Origin: Eledone cirrhosa
Lineage: Eukaryota
Direction: 5' to 3'
Assembly (NCBI GenBank): GCA_964016885.1
Contig: OZ024741.1
Coordinates: forward strand, 358,422,001-358,486,000
Length of the DNA: 64,000 nt
Shown here: piece after piece, positions 1 to 12,600 of the stretch
How positions within the stretch are numbered: the stretch's first letter is position 1
How the letters are laid out: each line of letters opens with the position of its first letter
Position numbers and translations under genes: made by a program
The notes under the pieces: model-generated
Databases searched by the model: none
Told to the model about the DNA's origin: nothing
Seen by the model: only the letters and a program-made list of their open reading frames with translations

Positions 1-420
1 TCCAAAATCACCGGGAGAGATGATCCCTTAGCCTTTGTCAAGGCAGAATTCTAGGAGAAGGAAAACTCTGATATAACACCTGCAACCCTGATGGTATCCA
101 ATGATGTTGACTTGTTCTTCTTTTTGGTAAATATCATCTTGGTTAAGAGAGTGGGACTGACTTTGTGCAGTGCCTTTGCTCACTATAAAAGCTTCATGGC
201 ACAGGCATTGCTTTATATCTGGAGATCTCTCTGCACTTGTCGTCACATGGTACCATGGGCCCAGCACTATGTGTCAATAATTGTCACAAGTGTAGTGTTT
301 GTACCAGAGTTGTCAAGTCGCTGGCTGGACTAAAAAGTCACACTCGTTCAGCGCATCGGTAGGGGTTCTCCTACATGGATATAAAGTAGTGACCGTACTC
401 GAAAACGAGTTGGCAGCCAC
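1..420 (+). mobile_element. Degenerate LINE remnant; begins with an RTE-type 5' UTR motif
   Basis: AGGCAGAATTCTAGGAGAAGGAAAACTCTGA (41-71) resembles the motif common in RTE 5' UTRs; a similar motif occurs at ~5150-5185. No clean ORF. Confidence 0.3.
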
Positions 421-436
421 CATATATGTATGTATG

Positions 437-2256
437 TAAAAGGTAAACAGAAATAACAACACAATCGGTACAGTATATGGAAGGAATATATTAGGTTAAC
501 GCTTGAAATAGCAGGAAGAGGGTCTTAACGTTTCGGACGCTAGTCCTTCACCAGAAGAAAGAATGAGAAATAAGGTAGATTGAGGGACGGGTGGGTTGGA
601 ATTGGAAAAATATCTGTAGATAAAAAATAACAGGTCCATTTATGTTGACATCTCTTGGAAAACTGTTGATGTTGGCGTTTGTGTATGATTTATTTTATTT
701 AGAAAAGTGGATGATGGAGCGCGTCTACCTGAAATGAAAAAAGAAAACCGTTTTGTAAAAAGAGCTATACTTGTGCGCGTGCGTATGCATAATGTGTGTG
801 TATATGTAAGTAAAAGAGTGTGTGTGTGTGCTTGTAAGTACGAAGCGATGACCAAAAGTATGTTAATATAAGGGTGTGTATGTGTGTATACAGAGCTGTG
901 AAGGGAAAAGTGGAGTGTGCATATTTTGTCGGTCTGTATTAGTTTCTGACCATGTGGATGTACAAGCGCGCGTTTGATAATGGACGGGGTATTAAAGAAA
1001 TTGGGGAGGTGAATTGAGTCTATGAGGGAAACAGGACCCAAGGCGGTAAATCAGACTCTGTTCAGTCCTGGTGCGCGAGGCCTGTGGTCTGTAATGTAAA
1101 AAGACACCCAGGACTGAGACATGTAGGGAAGAATGACCAGGAGAATGGAAATGACGGGCGACAGGAGTATCCAAACCGATGTATAAAGACTCGTAAAGGG
1201 AACACCGAAGGGCATAGACAACGTGAGTGGATGTGCAGGTGAAGGAGTGGCGGATACGGAATGACCCGTTAGGGCCTGTGGGAGTGGTGAGGGTGGAAAT
1301 GAAGGGACCAGTGTTGCAGCGGGGACGAGAACAAGGATGAGAGCTGGGTGGGTGGAGTCGTAGGAGAGGACGAGAAGGAACTGCGTGCCAGGAGGGCGTG
1401 GAGGTTATGGGTGCGCTTAAATGCGGTAATGAGAAGTGACGGAGTCAGAAGAGAAAGTGCGGAAGGAACGGAGGATATGTCATCGGAGTGGTGGGTGTTC
1501 AATCTCGGCACCTGTGCGGAACTCGTTGCAGGTTGATGTGGTGGGTATAAAATGCAAACCCCGGGCGAGGAGGGAGCGCTCAGCTTCGGAGAGTGGTAGG
1601 TCCTGGGGTATGGTGACTACAGTACAGGGACGTGAGGGAGTGAAAGGGGAGGATGCGCAGGAGTTAAGGTGGATTCAGTGGTGGGGGGAGGAAAGGGGGT
1701 GGTAGGTGACGGGATAGACGGTTAGGACTGGAGGTAAAATGAGTGTGGGTGGTGAAGGCAGGCGGGGAGCGGAGTGAGTGGAGTTTGTTGTTTTTAATGG
1801 AGGTGAGGAAATTGAAGAGGAGGCGATTGAGGTAAAGGATGAATTGGATAAGGGATTGGGTGAGGAAAGGATGGCAAGTAGAGTAGAGATGGAGGTAGGC
1901 CTTGGGGAGATCTCGATCGAGAGAACGGATTTGGGCGAGAGGAGCGGGTAAGGATGGGCTCAGTGGTGGGAGCAGAGTAAGAGGTGGGGGGGGGGAACTT
2001 GAGGCGGAAACCTCGGGAATGAGGTGGTGGTGGTGGTGGAGACAGCGACTTAAAAATGTGATGTGACTGTTGTATTTTGTTTTGGTGAAGATGAGGTTAG
2101 AGAGATGCATGGATGATTGGATGTGTATAGGAGGGAGAGGTTGGAGGAAGCGTTTGAGAGTGGAATGGAGCTGGTGGAGAAAAGATTTGAGATTGGGTAT
2201 GTTGAAGGTACGAGGGCGGGAATGAAAAATAGAGGGGTGAGAAGAAGGTGGTGTCC
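437..2256 (-). mobile_element. Decayed Penelope-like element, 3' portion (GIY-YIG C-terminus + terminal repeat with hammerhead motif)
   Basis: Minus ORF 992-1174 reads DTPVARHFHSPGHS...RTEQSLIYRLGSCFPHRLN, typical of a PLE GIY-YIG C-terminus. 440-650 is the reverse complement of the repeat at 4507-4720. Interrupted at ~2257 by an RTE fragment. Confidence 0.75.
523..558 (-). ncRNA. Minimal type I hammerhead motif, core mutated (CUGGUGA)
   Basis: Minus strand: TCTT-CTGGTGA-A-GGAC-TAGC-GTCC-GAAA-CG-TT-AAGA. Stem I TCTT/AAGA, stem II GGAC/GTCC, palindromic stem III AACGTT. Confidence 0.65.
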
Positions 2257-3247
2257 TATATCACTGCTCTACACCAACACCAAAGCCCAAGTCATTACAC
2301 CTGATGGGATGACAGAGTTCTTTGAGATACTGGCTGGAGTGCTCCAGGGAGATATATTGGCTCCCTACCTTTTTATCATCGTAGAGGACTATTGTATGCG
2401 CCTTGCACTGGAGAAACCCCAGGATTCTGGCTTTACTGTAGCACCGGCTCAGAGCAGGAGAGTTAAGGCGAAAAAGATATCGGATGCCGACGACATAGTT
2501 TTGGTTACAAATACAGTGAAGGAGGCAAAGGATTTGATGCTGGAGGTTGAGACTGTGTCGATGAGTGTGGGGCTGAGAATGAATGAAACTAAAACAAAAT
2601 ATCTGCTAGAGAATGTTGAGAAGCCAGAGAAGATCACTAATGTAGGCGGGGAACCGCTAGAATTGGTTGAGGACTTCCTGTATTTGGGAGCAAAGATTGG
2701 GAATACGGAAGATGATGTGGTTGAGAGGAAGAGCAAAGCCTGGGCGGCGTGCCACAGCTTGAGATCGGTGTGGAAGTCGGACCTTCGTAAAGACCTGAAA
2801 CTCCGCCTCTTCATTGCTGTAGTCTGTGCTGCTGTACGGGTCTGAGACATGGACACTGACCAAGAAACTCACTCAGATGATGGATGGGTGCTACACGAGA
2901 ATGCTGAGGATGGCTCTGAACATTAATCAGTATACACTGAGATGAAAAACTCAGAGCTGTATGGGAGCCTCCCAAAAGTCAGCTCAAAAGTGTCACAGAG
3001 GAGACTGAGGTTAGCTGGACATGCTCACCGACATCCGGAGTTGACATTGCACTCAGTGCTCCTGTGGGAGCCCCTACATGGACACACTGGAAGAGGAAGA
3101 CCAAGGTTAACGTATGTTAATGCCCTAAGGACAGACACTGGTCTGTTGGAGACGCAGGACAGAGCAGCCATAATGAGGGACAGAGACCGCTGGAGAGAAC
3201 TCGTCCATGGATCTCGGGAATTTTACCCGCCCTAGAAAAAAAAAAAA
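2257..3247 (+). mobile_element. 5'-truncated RTE-clade LINE (RT C-terminal half), frameshifted, poly(A) tail
   Basis: LYTNTKAQVITPDG..EILAGVLQGDILAPYLF..DDIVL..GLRMNETKTK..DFLYLG, then RRLRLAGHAHRH..GRGRPRLTY..DRDRWR, followed by an A-tract at 3236-3247. Confidence 0.9.
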
Positions 3248-3949
3248 TATATAACAAAGAAAGTGTAGTAAGAAACCAAGTGGACCATAACGCACCAGAT
3301 TACTCGATACTTAGGGTAGTAGAGTGACTAATACTACGCTACTTTTTTTCTAAAATAAGTCTAAAAAATCTACCATGCGTCCTGGAGGCCAAAGATTGTT
3401 TATTATTTTTTTAATTTTTGGTTGTCAAAATTAGGGTGCGCCCTCGAGGACGAAGCGTCTTCGGCGCTGGGAAATACAGTATATATAAGTATATAGGAAC
3501 CTGGTGAAATGCGAACTCAGATTATGGACATAGATATGTCAATCATGGGAACGAATTCACCTCGACATATTCAAGAGCGCACTCGTCAACTCAACTAGTA
3601 TTTTTTACATACTATATGGAAAGGAAAGGGTTCTTAACTTCTAATAGAGTCATGGGTACCGTCTTACGCATTTTAAACCTGCTGGAGACCATATCTCTCT
3701 AGGTGTGCACTATAATTTTAACTTTGATAACTTTGATAGGCTTCGGCCAGTATTGGCCCCGGCCATGTATAACTTATTAGTCTGTTACTTATTGGTCAGT
3801 CTTCTATACCGATTTTCACTGGCGTCAAAACATTTTGGTAGCTATTTGTTACTGTTTGTTATCTGCATATGTTCAAACTACATCCTATCACGATTCGTGT
3901 GCAGGCTCTCAAGACGGAGATAGATGAAACTCTAATTAGAAAAATGAAA

Positions 3950-4350
3950 AGATCCCCTTTCGACAACTATAACATCGTTCGAATCTAAAATATATGAACT
4001 TAGAACAGTTTGAGAACTATCATCAATATTTAAAGAGCGGCTGAAAAGGGCTGAGCCTTTAAGAAAATTAAACACAATCCTAAAATGGCCTTCTTGTTTG
4101 TCGAAGGGCAAAACGTCACTGTTTCATATATTGGACCACTTATTGATGAGAACGGCAAACAGCAATCTCTACAACGATCCTAAAAATATGGGGATAAATC
4201 TACAGAAGGAAATAGTGCTCCGTTTTCAATAGTGGGCAGTTTCACTGAAATAAACCGCCAACACATCCTCTCTGACATCACTTTCGGTGACACGGATGTC
4301 TTAGCAGCAATATACAAAATTAATTTTAAAAATTCAGCAGTGGTCCCCCA
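3950..4350 (+). mobile_element. CR1-like LINE ORF2 fragment (region between endonuclease and RT), decayed
   Basis: Pieces translate as IKHNPK..IGPLIDENG..DPKNM..LSDITFGDTDVLAAIYKINFKNSA, typical of CR1-group ORF2. Confidence 0.55.
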
Positions 4351-4506
4351 TACAAGTGGTCCCTCATCAGAAAAAACAGGACAGGGAACGTAACAAAAAA
4401 AAAAAAAAAAAAAATCGAATCCTAACTACTATTTACAAGTTTTCCTCTTCGAAATAACTCCCCTGCCACCACGACCCTCCCAGGAATAAGTGGGCGAAGA
4501 ATATAT

Positions 4507-4720
4507 ATGTCAACATGAATGGACCTGTTATTTTTATCTAAAGACTTTTTTCCCATTCCAACCCACTCGGCCCTCTATCTATCTTATTTCTCATTCTTTC
4601 TTCTGATGAAGGCCTAACATCCGAAACGTTAAGACCCTCTTCCTGCTATATCAAGCGTTAACCTAATATATCCCTTCCATATACTGTACTGATTGTGTTG
4701 TCATTTTTGTTTACCTTTTA
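4507..4720 (+). mobile_element. Solo PLE terminal repeat (pLTR) copy
   Basis: Near-identical in reverse complement to 440-650 and partly to 19650-19850; contains a hammerhead core; ends at (CA)n(TA)n. Confidence 0.75.
4599..4634 (+). ncRNA. Minimal type I hammerhead ribozyme motif
   Basis: TCTT-CTGATGA-AGGCCTAACATCC-GAAA-CG-TT-AAGA. Intact core, weakened stem II, palindromic AACGTT stem III. Confidence 0.7.
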
Positions 4721-4929
4721 CACACACACATATATATATATATATACATAGACAATTATTAAATATATAAATAAATAAATAAATGGCATTGTTAATTAAT
4801 AAATAAATTAACTAATACCTTAACACTTCACACAAAGTAAGATATTTGGTTTTAAACATTTTCTAACCCAGAAAAAAGAGAAAAAAATAAAAGGGGAAAA
4901 AAAATATTTTTATTCCTAATAATCCCTAT

Positions 4930-5030
<101 letters not shown>

Positions 5031-5359
5031 AATATATTTCTATGTATATATGTATGTAAATGTATATATGCTCGGGGACATGAAAATATTCAGTTTAATA
5101 CCGAGCGCGCGATTAGCCCACCAGGAATGAGATACCCCTTGCTCTTGTTAGGAAATCATTCTAGAATCTAAGAGAAGGAAAACCTGTAACTCGATGTCAG
5201 CTGTTCTTTTTGGATAACAGTTACTGTTGTTCAGAGAATGGGATTGGTCCAGTGCAAGGCCTTTCTTCTCATAAAAACCTTCAAGCACAGGCATCCCTGA
5301 TCTAAACCCGTTTCACATGTGTTGCATGAGCATAGCCTATTTTTTCTTCTCTAGCTGAG

Positions 5360-5416
<57 letters not shown>

Positions 5417-5698
5417 GGAATAGAATGAAACGAAATTTCATTTCTCACTCTTAGTACGGCACTTACTTAAATGTAAGTATGTATGTATGTATACGTACAT
5501 ACATATATGTATACAGACGTACAGTAGTATGTATATATATATACATACAGGCACACATATATATATGCACGTATCGGTTGACCGAACATTTATTATAATG
5601 TTCGGTTTGTTTGTTTGTAAACAAACAAACAGCCTGAATTACGCCGTACAGTGTTTAGGCAACCACGTCACCTTTTTGTTCAACACTGACACAGGAAT

Positions 5699-5737
5699 GA
5701 TGTACTAGTTTCAAGCTTATTAGCTATCGTCAGCATC
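5699..5737 (-). ncRNA. Minimal type I hammerhead ribozyme motif
   Basis: Minus strand: GATG-CTGACGA-T-AGCT-AATA-AGCT-T-GAAA-CTAG-TA-CATC. Stem I GATG/CATC, palindromic stem III ACTAGT, GUA site. Confidence 0.8.
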
Positions 5738-5781
5738 GTACGATGCTGACGATAGCTAATATATATATATATATATATATA

Positions 5782-5928
5782 TAAAAGAACTGCCAAACCA
5801 GTAAAGGAACCAAATAAATATTCTTAAAAAGACACCAGTTGCATTTTCGATTCCATCTTTTTTCTTTATACTTGCACTCGTGTAAGAAATCACGTTTTTT
5901 TTATTTTGGAAAAAAACCCTCATTTTCT

Positions 5929-5930
<2 letters not shown>
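5782..5930 (+). repeat. Unclassified interspersed repeat ending at (TA)n (same family as 11925-12130 and 57260-57473)
   Basis: Shared AAGAACTGC..AAACC(A/G)GTAAAGGAACCAAATAAAT...CCAGTTGCATTTTC...CACTCGTGTA...CCTCA(T/C)TTTCT. Confidence 0.7.
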
Positions 5931-5959
<29 letters not shown>

Positions 5960-5961
<2 letters not shown>

Positions 5962-7927
5962 TCGTTTTTTTATTTAATGACCGATAAATCGGATTTTCAG
6001 CCATTTAATTCTAGGCGATCGGAGTTAATGACTATTTTTTTAATGACCACGTTTTTTTGACAAAAATTGCAATGAACATACCCATATGTCGTGGTTTGAA
6101 CCAGAGCTACCTCCCCTTGTCTGGTCGCTCACAGAGGGAGTTGTTTGAGCGTTCTAGAGAGTCTTAATAAAGTAGCTAAACATGACTGGACGCATATTTA
6201 ACTTGTGTGTTATTTGTCATGTTTCCTAACCCAAAACAATATTACACCATGTACCCAAGAGCAAGTAACATCAAGAAAAAGCGAAAGACTTTTACTATTG
6301 ATCAGAAAAAGAAAGTCATTGATTACAAATTGGCAAATCCCAGTGTTACTCAGGACCAACTTGTAACAAAATTTGGCATGCCAAAGGGGACCATAAACAC
6401 AATTATGAAAAACAAAGAAAAATATTTGACCCAAAACGATGAATCGAATGCTCGAAAAAACATTCTCAAGAGCAAAAAAAAAACGACGATATCTACAAAA
6501 TTTTATATGAGTGGGTTCAAAAGAAAAGAAAAGCAAATCACACAATGACCAATTACCTTTTGGCAATAATGGCGATTAAAATAAACAAAAAAATTGGGTG
6601 TACACGATTTAAAGGCTTCTTCTACGTGGATCACACGCTTCAAATCAAAATACGGGATCAAATCCGGTTTGATATCTGGAGAGGAAGGGTTGGTGGACCC
6701 CATCATTTTGAGAGAAACTTGGAACGAATTCGAAGAAATTTACAAAAAATACCGGCCAGAAGACGTGTTCAACTGTGATGAAACGGGCCTGTTTTTTAAG
6801 TGCCCCCCAACCAGAACACTAATTCTCAGCGACGAGGACAAGGCAAGCGGAAAGTTTTCCAAAGAAAGATTCACCATTCTGTTCTGCACTAGCATGTTGG
6901 GTGAAAAACTAAAACCTCTGATTATAGGAAAGTACAAGTGCCCACGGGGTTTCAAGGACCTTAATTTCGACACCATGAACGTATAATACACATTCAGTAA
7001 AAAGGCCTGGATGACAACTACAATTTTTCTAGATTGGTTGGAGGGATTAAATGATCAAATGATTAGTTCCAATAGAACAATTCTGTTGCTTTTGGACAAC
7101 GCAACTGTACACTGTATCGACAAAGAATTTTCAAATGTTGAACTTTACTATCTCCCTGCAAACACAACATCGAAAATACAACCCCTTGATCAGGGAATCA
7201 TTCGATCATTCAAAGCAAAGTACAAAGAAAATCCTCACCAGGAATCTAAGCATGGAGGAAGATAATTTAGAAAAATCCTATGAAATACAATTAAAAGAAT
7301 AGAAAATAGTCGATTCTTTGCCACTGTGCATCAAATCGGGGGGTGCAGTGATAAAAAAAAACAATAAAAAACTGTTTCACGAAAGCGTTTGATAACTGGC
7401 GCTGCTCCATTGATAAGAATGAAAGCAAGGAGTTCTCCGTGAGAAAACCGGAATTTCAAGATGATAATAGAAAATACGCACTAGAAGAAACACTAGTAGA
7501 AGAAGCTGAATTAAACTACTTCCCAACTGAGGATGAGGGGATTGATATTGATGATGATTTTTTGAAAAACTCAATGAGTATACGATGGAATGTGAAGAAC
7601 TAGAAGAGTCTTGCATCACAGATCCGCCCAAGGGCACAATTGGATATGCCGACGCCTTGGCATATTTGGAGGGCCTTGAAAGATATTTTCTGAAAAATGA
7701 AAACAGCGCGCTGATAATTGTTGGTCAACTGCGTGAAAGCTTGCTGAGAACCAAGAAAAAAAGAAGGCCGCTAATAACGGACTATATTAGGACATTTAAA
7801 AATTAGGTTTCTTCAATTTTTCAGTAAAAAATTATTTTGATCTTCGAAAGTTTTTAATTTAGTCATTATTATTTTTAATGACCGACCCGCGAAAAAGTCA
7901 CCCTCACGGTCATTAAATGAAAAATGA

Positions 7928-7930
<3 letters not shown>
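5960..7930 (+). mobile_element. Tigger/pogo-family DNA transposon with TIRs
   Basis: Left TIR AGTCGTTTTTTTATTTAATGACCG (~5960-5983) and right TIR CGGTCATTAAATGAAAAATGACTG (7907-7930) followed by TA. Encloses a transposase. Confidence 0.9.
6250..7806 (+). pseudogene. Tigger/pogo transposase (CENP-B-type HTH + DDE_1), frameshifted
   Basis: KKKRKTFTIDQKKKVI (HTH), KASSTWITRFKSKYGI, DVFNCDETGLFFK, LLLLDNATVH, YYLPANTTSKIQPLDQGIIRSFKAKY, spread across several frames. Confidence 0.9.
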
Positions 7931-7985
<55 letters not shown>

Positions 7986-7994
7986 TATATATAT

Positions 7995-8750
7995 ACAAGG
8001 AAGTGTGGTAAGGAACCAGATGGACCATAACGCACCAGAGTACTCAATACTTAGGGTAGTAGAGTGGGTAATAGGAAAATGTTCAAGATCCTGACGGCAG
8101 AACTCAAGCCGTTTCGATGTCTATTTCTGGACTAAATTAGAATTTTTAGCGTGGTAATAAATAGCCAAACTTTTCAAGGGGTAATTCCTTATATGGGAAG
8201 ATTGTAGTTGTCAAAAGGATTGGTCAACATTTCTTGTAAACACAATTAAATCTTTCATGGCGGTGGGGGTGGCTAAACTTGCCTGTAGAACAATGAGGGA
8301 GTGGGTGGAGCCGGTCAAGCGTTGAAAGTGAATTCTATACAGCAAATTCTAAGGAGTGTGTAAGAAATTAGGCTAGCTATAAAGCAGGCGAAAAAGAATT
8401 CTGGAGGAATCTGAGAGTTATAAAATTAAAAAATAAATAAAATTAAAAAATAAATAAAAATAATAATAATATAAAAAAATTAAATAATAAAAAATAATAA
8501 AAAAGCTAGAGTCTAAAGCAGGTGCTATATTTTTAGCTGGTATTACGTTTTCGGCCAATGCTATATAGAATTTACTAAGGTGGGAGTACTGAGGTTACAA
8601 AAGCCCGATGGGCTGCCTCAGGGTAGGGGAAAAAGGAAAAGGAAGAGGAGAGGGAGAGGAAGGAAGTGAGAAGAAGAGATGAAGGAAAAAAAGAAAAGTA
8701 CATCTACATATGTATGCTGGGGTTTCTCCTATCTTATTCGGCAAGTGGTG
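7995..8750 (-). mobile_element. (TA)n-associated repeat family, probably a PLE 3' end/pLTR (other copies 3255-3335, 11045-11245, 12672-13640, 19410-19470)
   Basis: Shared GTGGACCATAACGCACCA..TACTCAATACTTAGGGTAGTAGAGTG..GACGGC(A/T)GAGCTCAAGCCGTTTCGA..GCTATTTCTGGACT; copies abut (TA)n and occur as inverted pairs. Confidence 0.6.
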
Positions 8751-8789
8751 AATATATATATGTATATATATGTATGTATATGTATATAT

Positions 8790-8830
<41 letters not shown>

Positions 8831-8850
8831 TACAAGTAAAAATTACAAGT

Positions 8851-8889
<39 letters not shown>

Positions 8890-8890
<1 letters not shown>

Positions 8891-10985
8891 GTGGGAAAGT
8901 AAGAAATCGGAGTATAGACCGTTAAAACATGTTTATTTAAAATACCACCTACGTACGTTTCGCCCAGTTGGGCTTCTCAAGGGCATAAATAATCAAAAGT
9001 GTTCCTTACATTGCTCGGAAAGAGTTTTGAGGGTTAAATCCACGTCAAGGTTCATTGCTCGCAAAAATAGCCTGTTTTGATTTTGCAGCAGGTCAAGGGA
9101 GGTAACTCTGGCCGGTGTTAGGGCAGTTTTTCCCGGACAATTTTTTTTATCCGCTACGAGATGAGGTTACAACCTTACCATTGTCGATACGCATGTAATC
9201 AACGCTTATTTTGAGAGTTTTTTTTGCCGCATCTGTTTGTCTGAGTCGTTTGAGGCTGGGTCTGGTATGCAAGGATAGTTTCCTGGGTGTTATTTTGCAG
9301 CGCCTGCCAGCCGGGGTGTTAAGACTTGTTGCAGGGAGTTCCGGTGCACGGGTTCACTCCTCATCCTTAACCCATCCGAAGAAGGATATGTTTAAGCGAT
9401 GTGTACAACTTATCGCTGTTTCAGCTCTGCTGTTGATGAGCTCGTGGGGTGCAGTTATGATGTGGTAGAGCTCCATGAGGCAAAGATCGCATTTCCTCTT
9501 GAAGTTGTACAGTGCAGCCCTGCCGACAATATACCAGTGCGTGGAGAAGCTGATGTTTAAGTCCTTTAGTGATGTGATGTAGTCCGCGAGCGAAGTGGAG
9601 TGTCTTAGTTTTTTATTTGTGAAAGAGTGGAGATGTGTTCGAAACCTAATTTTGAACGGGCCGGAGGTAGCCCCTATATAATGTTTAACGCTATTGTGGC
9701 TAGTTATAGTGCATCTATATATAACCCTATCAGTCAAGCAGTATCCTCTAAGGGGGCAGCGTCCTCTGTCGCGGCAGTTGCAATTTCTGTCGCGGTTCCG
9801 TCTATTTCCCACGGTAAGGCTATCATTGTTGCTGCCTACGTTGTTACCTACGCTACCGCAGCTCTCGTTAGCACCATTACAACCCACAGCACGTGGGGTG
9901 GTGCGATTGTTATTCCGCACGTCATGTCCTGCATGTTCCCCAGTCATTTCGCGGTTATGCTGGTTGCGTCTGCGGATGCCGTTGCCAACACTATTGGATG
10001 CTGCCAGGGAGTTGTTAAGGCCGATATAGTTATTGTCAGGTGTAGGTGCGTCTGTGTCGAGGTGCTGTGTCTTGGTGATTTTACTGTGGTTCGTTGTTCC
10101 TATGATGTCTGCTAGGTTAGGAGTAGTAGAGAAGGATATTTTTATATTGTTCCTGTTAAGAATTTTTCTATACCTATGGTTGAGCGGGAGTTCTTCTCTA
10201 AGGCTTCGAAGAACATCCGGGGTATGTTGGAGGCCACACTCCGAGAGTGGGGGGGGGGGGAACCATAGGACGTTACGGTGGCGATTACGTGTCCCTGTAC
10301 GTTTGCTACAGGTGGTTCCATCTAGGTGACCGCTCTTATGTGTGTTAATGCGCAGTCGCCCGTTCGGTGCCCCTTTCACTTTATGCTCGGGTGCACTCTT
10401 CCTACCTCTTCCATGTTTATGTACACGAAGATGTTGGTTGGAAGGCATTGGTAGTAGGCCGTCGCCTTTGTTGGTTTTGTAATAGGGGAATAGTAATCTA
10501 CAGTGGTCACCGTCGCCGGGGTCGTGATCTTTAGTGCGGTTATCTATTCTATTATATCCGACTTCAACCAGGTCGCCGCGTGATCGGTTATAGGTATGGC
10601 TTACTATAACGTTCGTTTTATGAGGGGGTGGTTTCTAGAGCTAGCGTTAGGGATGTACGAAATTCCTCGGTTAAAGCCGGCGCTTATCAAGGCCCTATTG
10701 TAGTAATCTGCCGCTTGGTTGAAGATATCTTCATTGGCGGATAGTCTCGAGATTCTATGTGAGATACTATAGACTATGGAGTTTAGAGTCTGCTTAGGGT
10801 GGTTGGAGGCATAATTAATATAAGAGAGGCACTCTCCAGGCTTATGGTATGGCTTGTATAAGCCCGTACTCAACTCCAGGGTCACGTTCAGGAAGTTGAC
10901 AACCTTGTGGTTGAGGTCCATAGTTACGGATAGGCCGTATGACTTGAAGAACCTGTGTATATGTTTGTTAAGGTTATCTATCCTA
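8890..10985 (-). mobile_element. 5'-truncated Penelope-like element (RT thumb + GIY-YIG) between (TA)n tracts
   Basis: 10604-10921: VNFLNVTLELSTGLYKPYHKP..YINYASNHP. 9354-10448: WFPPP..ILNRNNIKISFSTTPNL..CNCRDRGRCPLRGYCLTDRVIYRC..YIGATSGPFKIRFRTH..CDLCLMELYHI..C-H. Hammerhead motif at the 3' end. Confidence 0.9.
8942..8986 (-). ncRNA. Type I hammerhead motif, U3-A8 core variant
   Basis: Minus strand: ATGCCC-TTGAGAA-GCCC-AACT-GGGC-GAAA-CGTACG-TA-GGTGGTAT. Stem II GCCC/GGGC, palindromic stem III ACGTACGT. Confidence 0.7.
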
Positions 10986-10987
10986 CG

Positions 10988-11048
<61 letters not shown>

Positions 11049-11264
11049 ATGTTTAAACACGACGGCAGAGCTCAAGCCATTTCGACGGCTATTTCTGGAC
11101 TCAGAAATAGCCATCGAAACGGCTTGAGCTCTGCCGTCGGGGTTAAACGTTTTCCTATATACTCTACTACCCACTCTACTACCCTTAGTATTGAGTTCTC
11201 TGGTGCGTTATGGTCCATCTGGTTCCTTACCACACCTCCTTCGTTATATATATATATGTATATA

Positions 11265-11339
<75 letters not shown>

Positions 11340-11565
11340 ATATAAAATAACACGAGGCTGGACTGGTGTAAAACCTTTCAAGGATTTACACCAGTCCAGC
11401 CTCCTGTTATTTTATAATAATTAACTCCGTACTCGCACCACCAACTACACAAACGAAGAAGGGCGAGTTGCATTACGTTGAGTGCTCCTCTCCATAATAT
11501 TACATCGAGATTGACCATACGGAATGACCAGTTCTATCCAGTGGTGAACCAACAAACCTAAATAA
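11340..11565 (+). repeat. (TA)n-flanked repeat starting with a ~30-bp-stem hairpin; homologous to 23985-24158
   Basis: ATAAAATAACACGAGGCTGGACTGGTGTAAA...TTTACACCAGTCCAGCCTCCTGTTATTTTAT. The ACTCCGT..CGCACCACCAAC...TTCTA(T/C)CCAGTGGT segment is shared with 24018-24140. Confidence 0.6.
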
Positions 11566-11599
11566 ATATATTTGTATATATATATATATATATATATAT

Positions 11600-11910
11600 C
11601 GCTTCTGAATTTGTTTAGCAAGATTCTTTATCTGAAAACGTGTGTTGAAACCGATATTGTTATACTTTGGGAGGGTCATGTTGCCAATAAGAAACACACC
11701 CACCAGATGCTTTCACTTCAATCTATTATAATAAATTTAGGAATTTATAAATTTCCGGTTGGTTGGTTGGTTCCACAACCAGATGATTGTTTATATATTG
11801 TCAAAGTTCTTTCGTCACACATTCTGTGACCTCTTCAGTGACTGGGGATCCTTTTCTTTGTTTTTGTGCCTCTCCTTTGTTCTGTCCTACGCCATCTTGT
11901 TTTGGCGTAG
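11600..11910 (-). mobile_element. PLE terminal repeat related to the 3' end of the PLE at 46010-49822
   Basis: 11600-11690 is a diverged reverse complement of 49730-49822 (ATGACCCTCCC.AA.TATAACAATATC.GTTTC.ACACACG); contains a hammerhead motif. Confidence 0.75.
11800..11842 (-). ncRNA. Minimal type I hammerhead ribozyme motif
   Basis: Minus strand: GTCA-CTGAAGA-G-GTCACA-GAATG-TGTGAC-GAAA-GAAC-TT-TGAC. Stem I GTCA/TGAC, 6-bp stem II. Confidence 0.8.
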
Positions 11911-12130
11911 GACATATTTATATATATAAAACGACAGATCCTCCATCTCAACTCTACTTTTAAAAAGCAGAAGAACTGCGAAACCGGTAAAGGAACCAAA
12001 TAAATATATATATATTTAAAAAAAATAAGACTCCAGTTGCATTTTCAATTTCATCTTTTTTTCTTTATACTTTCACTCGTGTAGGACACCTCGGTTATTT
12101 TTCATTTTGTAAAAAAACCTCACTTTCTTA

Positions 12131-12205
<75 letters not shown>

Positions 12206-12321
12206 ATATATATATATGTATATATGTATATATATATATATGTATATATGTATATATATATGTATATATATATGTATATATATATGTATATATATATGTA
12301 TATATATATATATATATATAT

Positions 12322-12600
12322 TACGTTATTCCGGGTTGAATCGGAGGTAACCACAGTAAGTAAGGTACTCAATACATAGCAGAGTATAACAGTTTTAATA
12401 TAGATGAGATTCTACAGGACTAGAACTGTTTCATTCATTAGAAATCATCAGGAATCTGGGTATCAAAAAATAAATATGGTATTTATAGGTCTCTACAAGC
12501 AGAGACCTATAAATACCATATTTATTTTTTGATACCCAGATTCCTGATGATTTCTAATGAATGAAACAGTTCTAGTCCTGTAGAATCTCATCTATATTAA

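Noticed and set aside
2117-2845. 242-aa ORF as a single protein
   Set aside because: Chimera: the first ~46 codons are antisense PLE sequence fused by chance to a truncated RTE RT.
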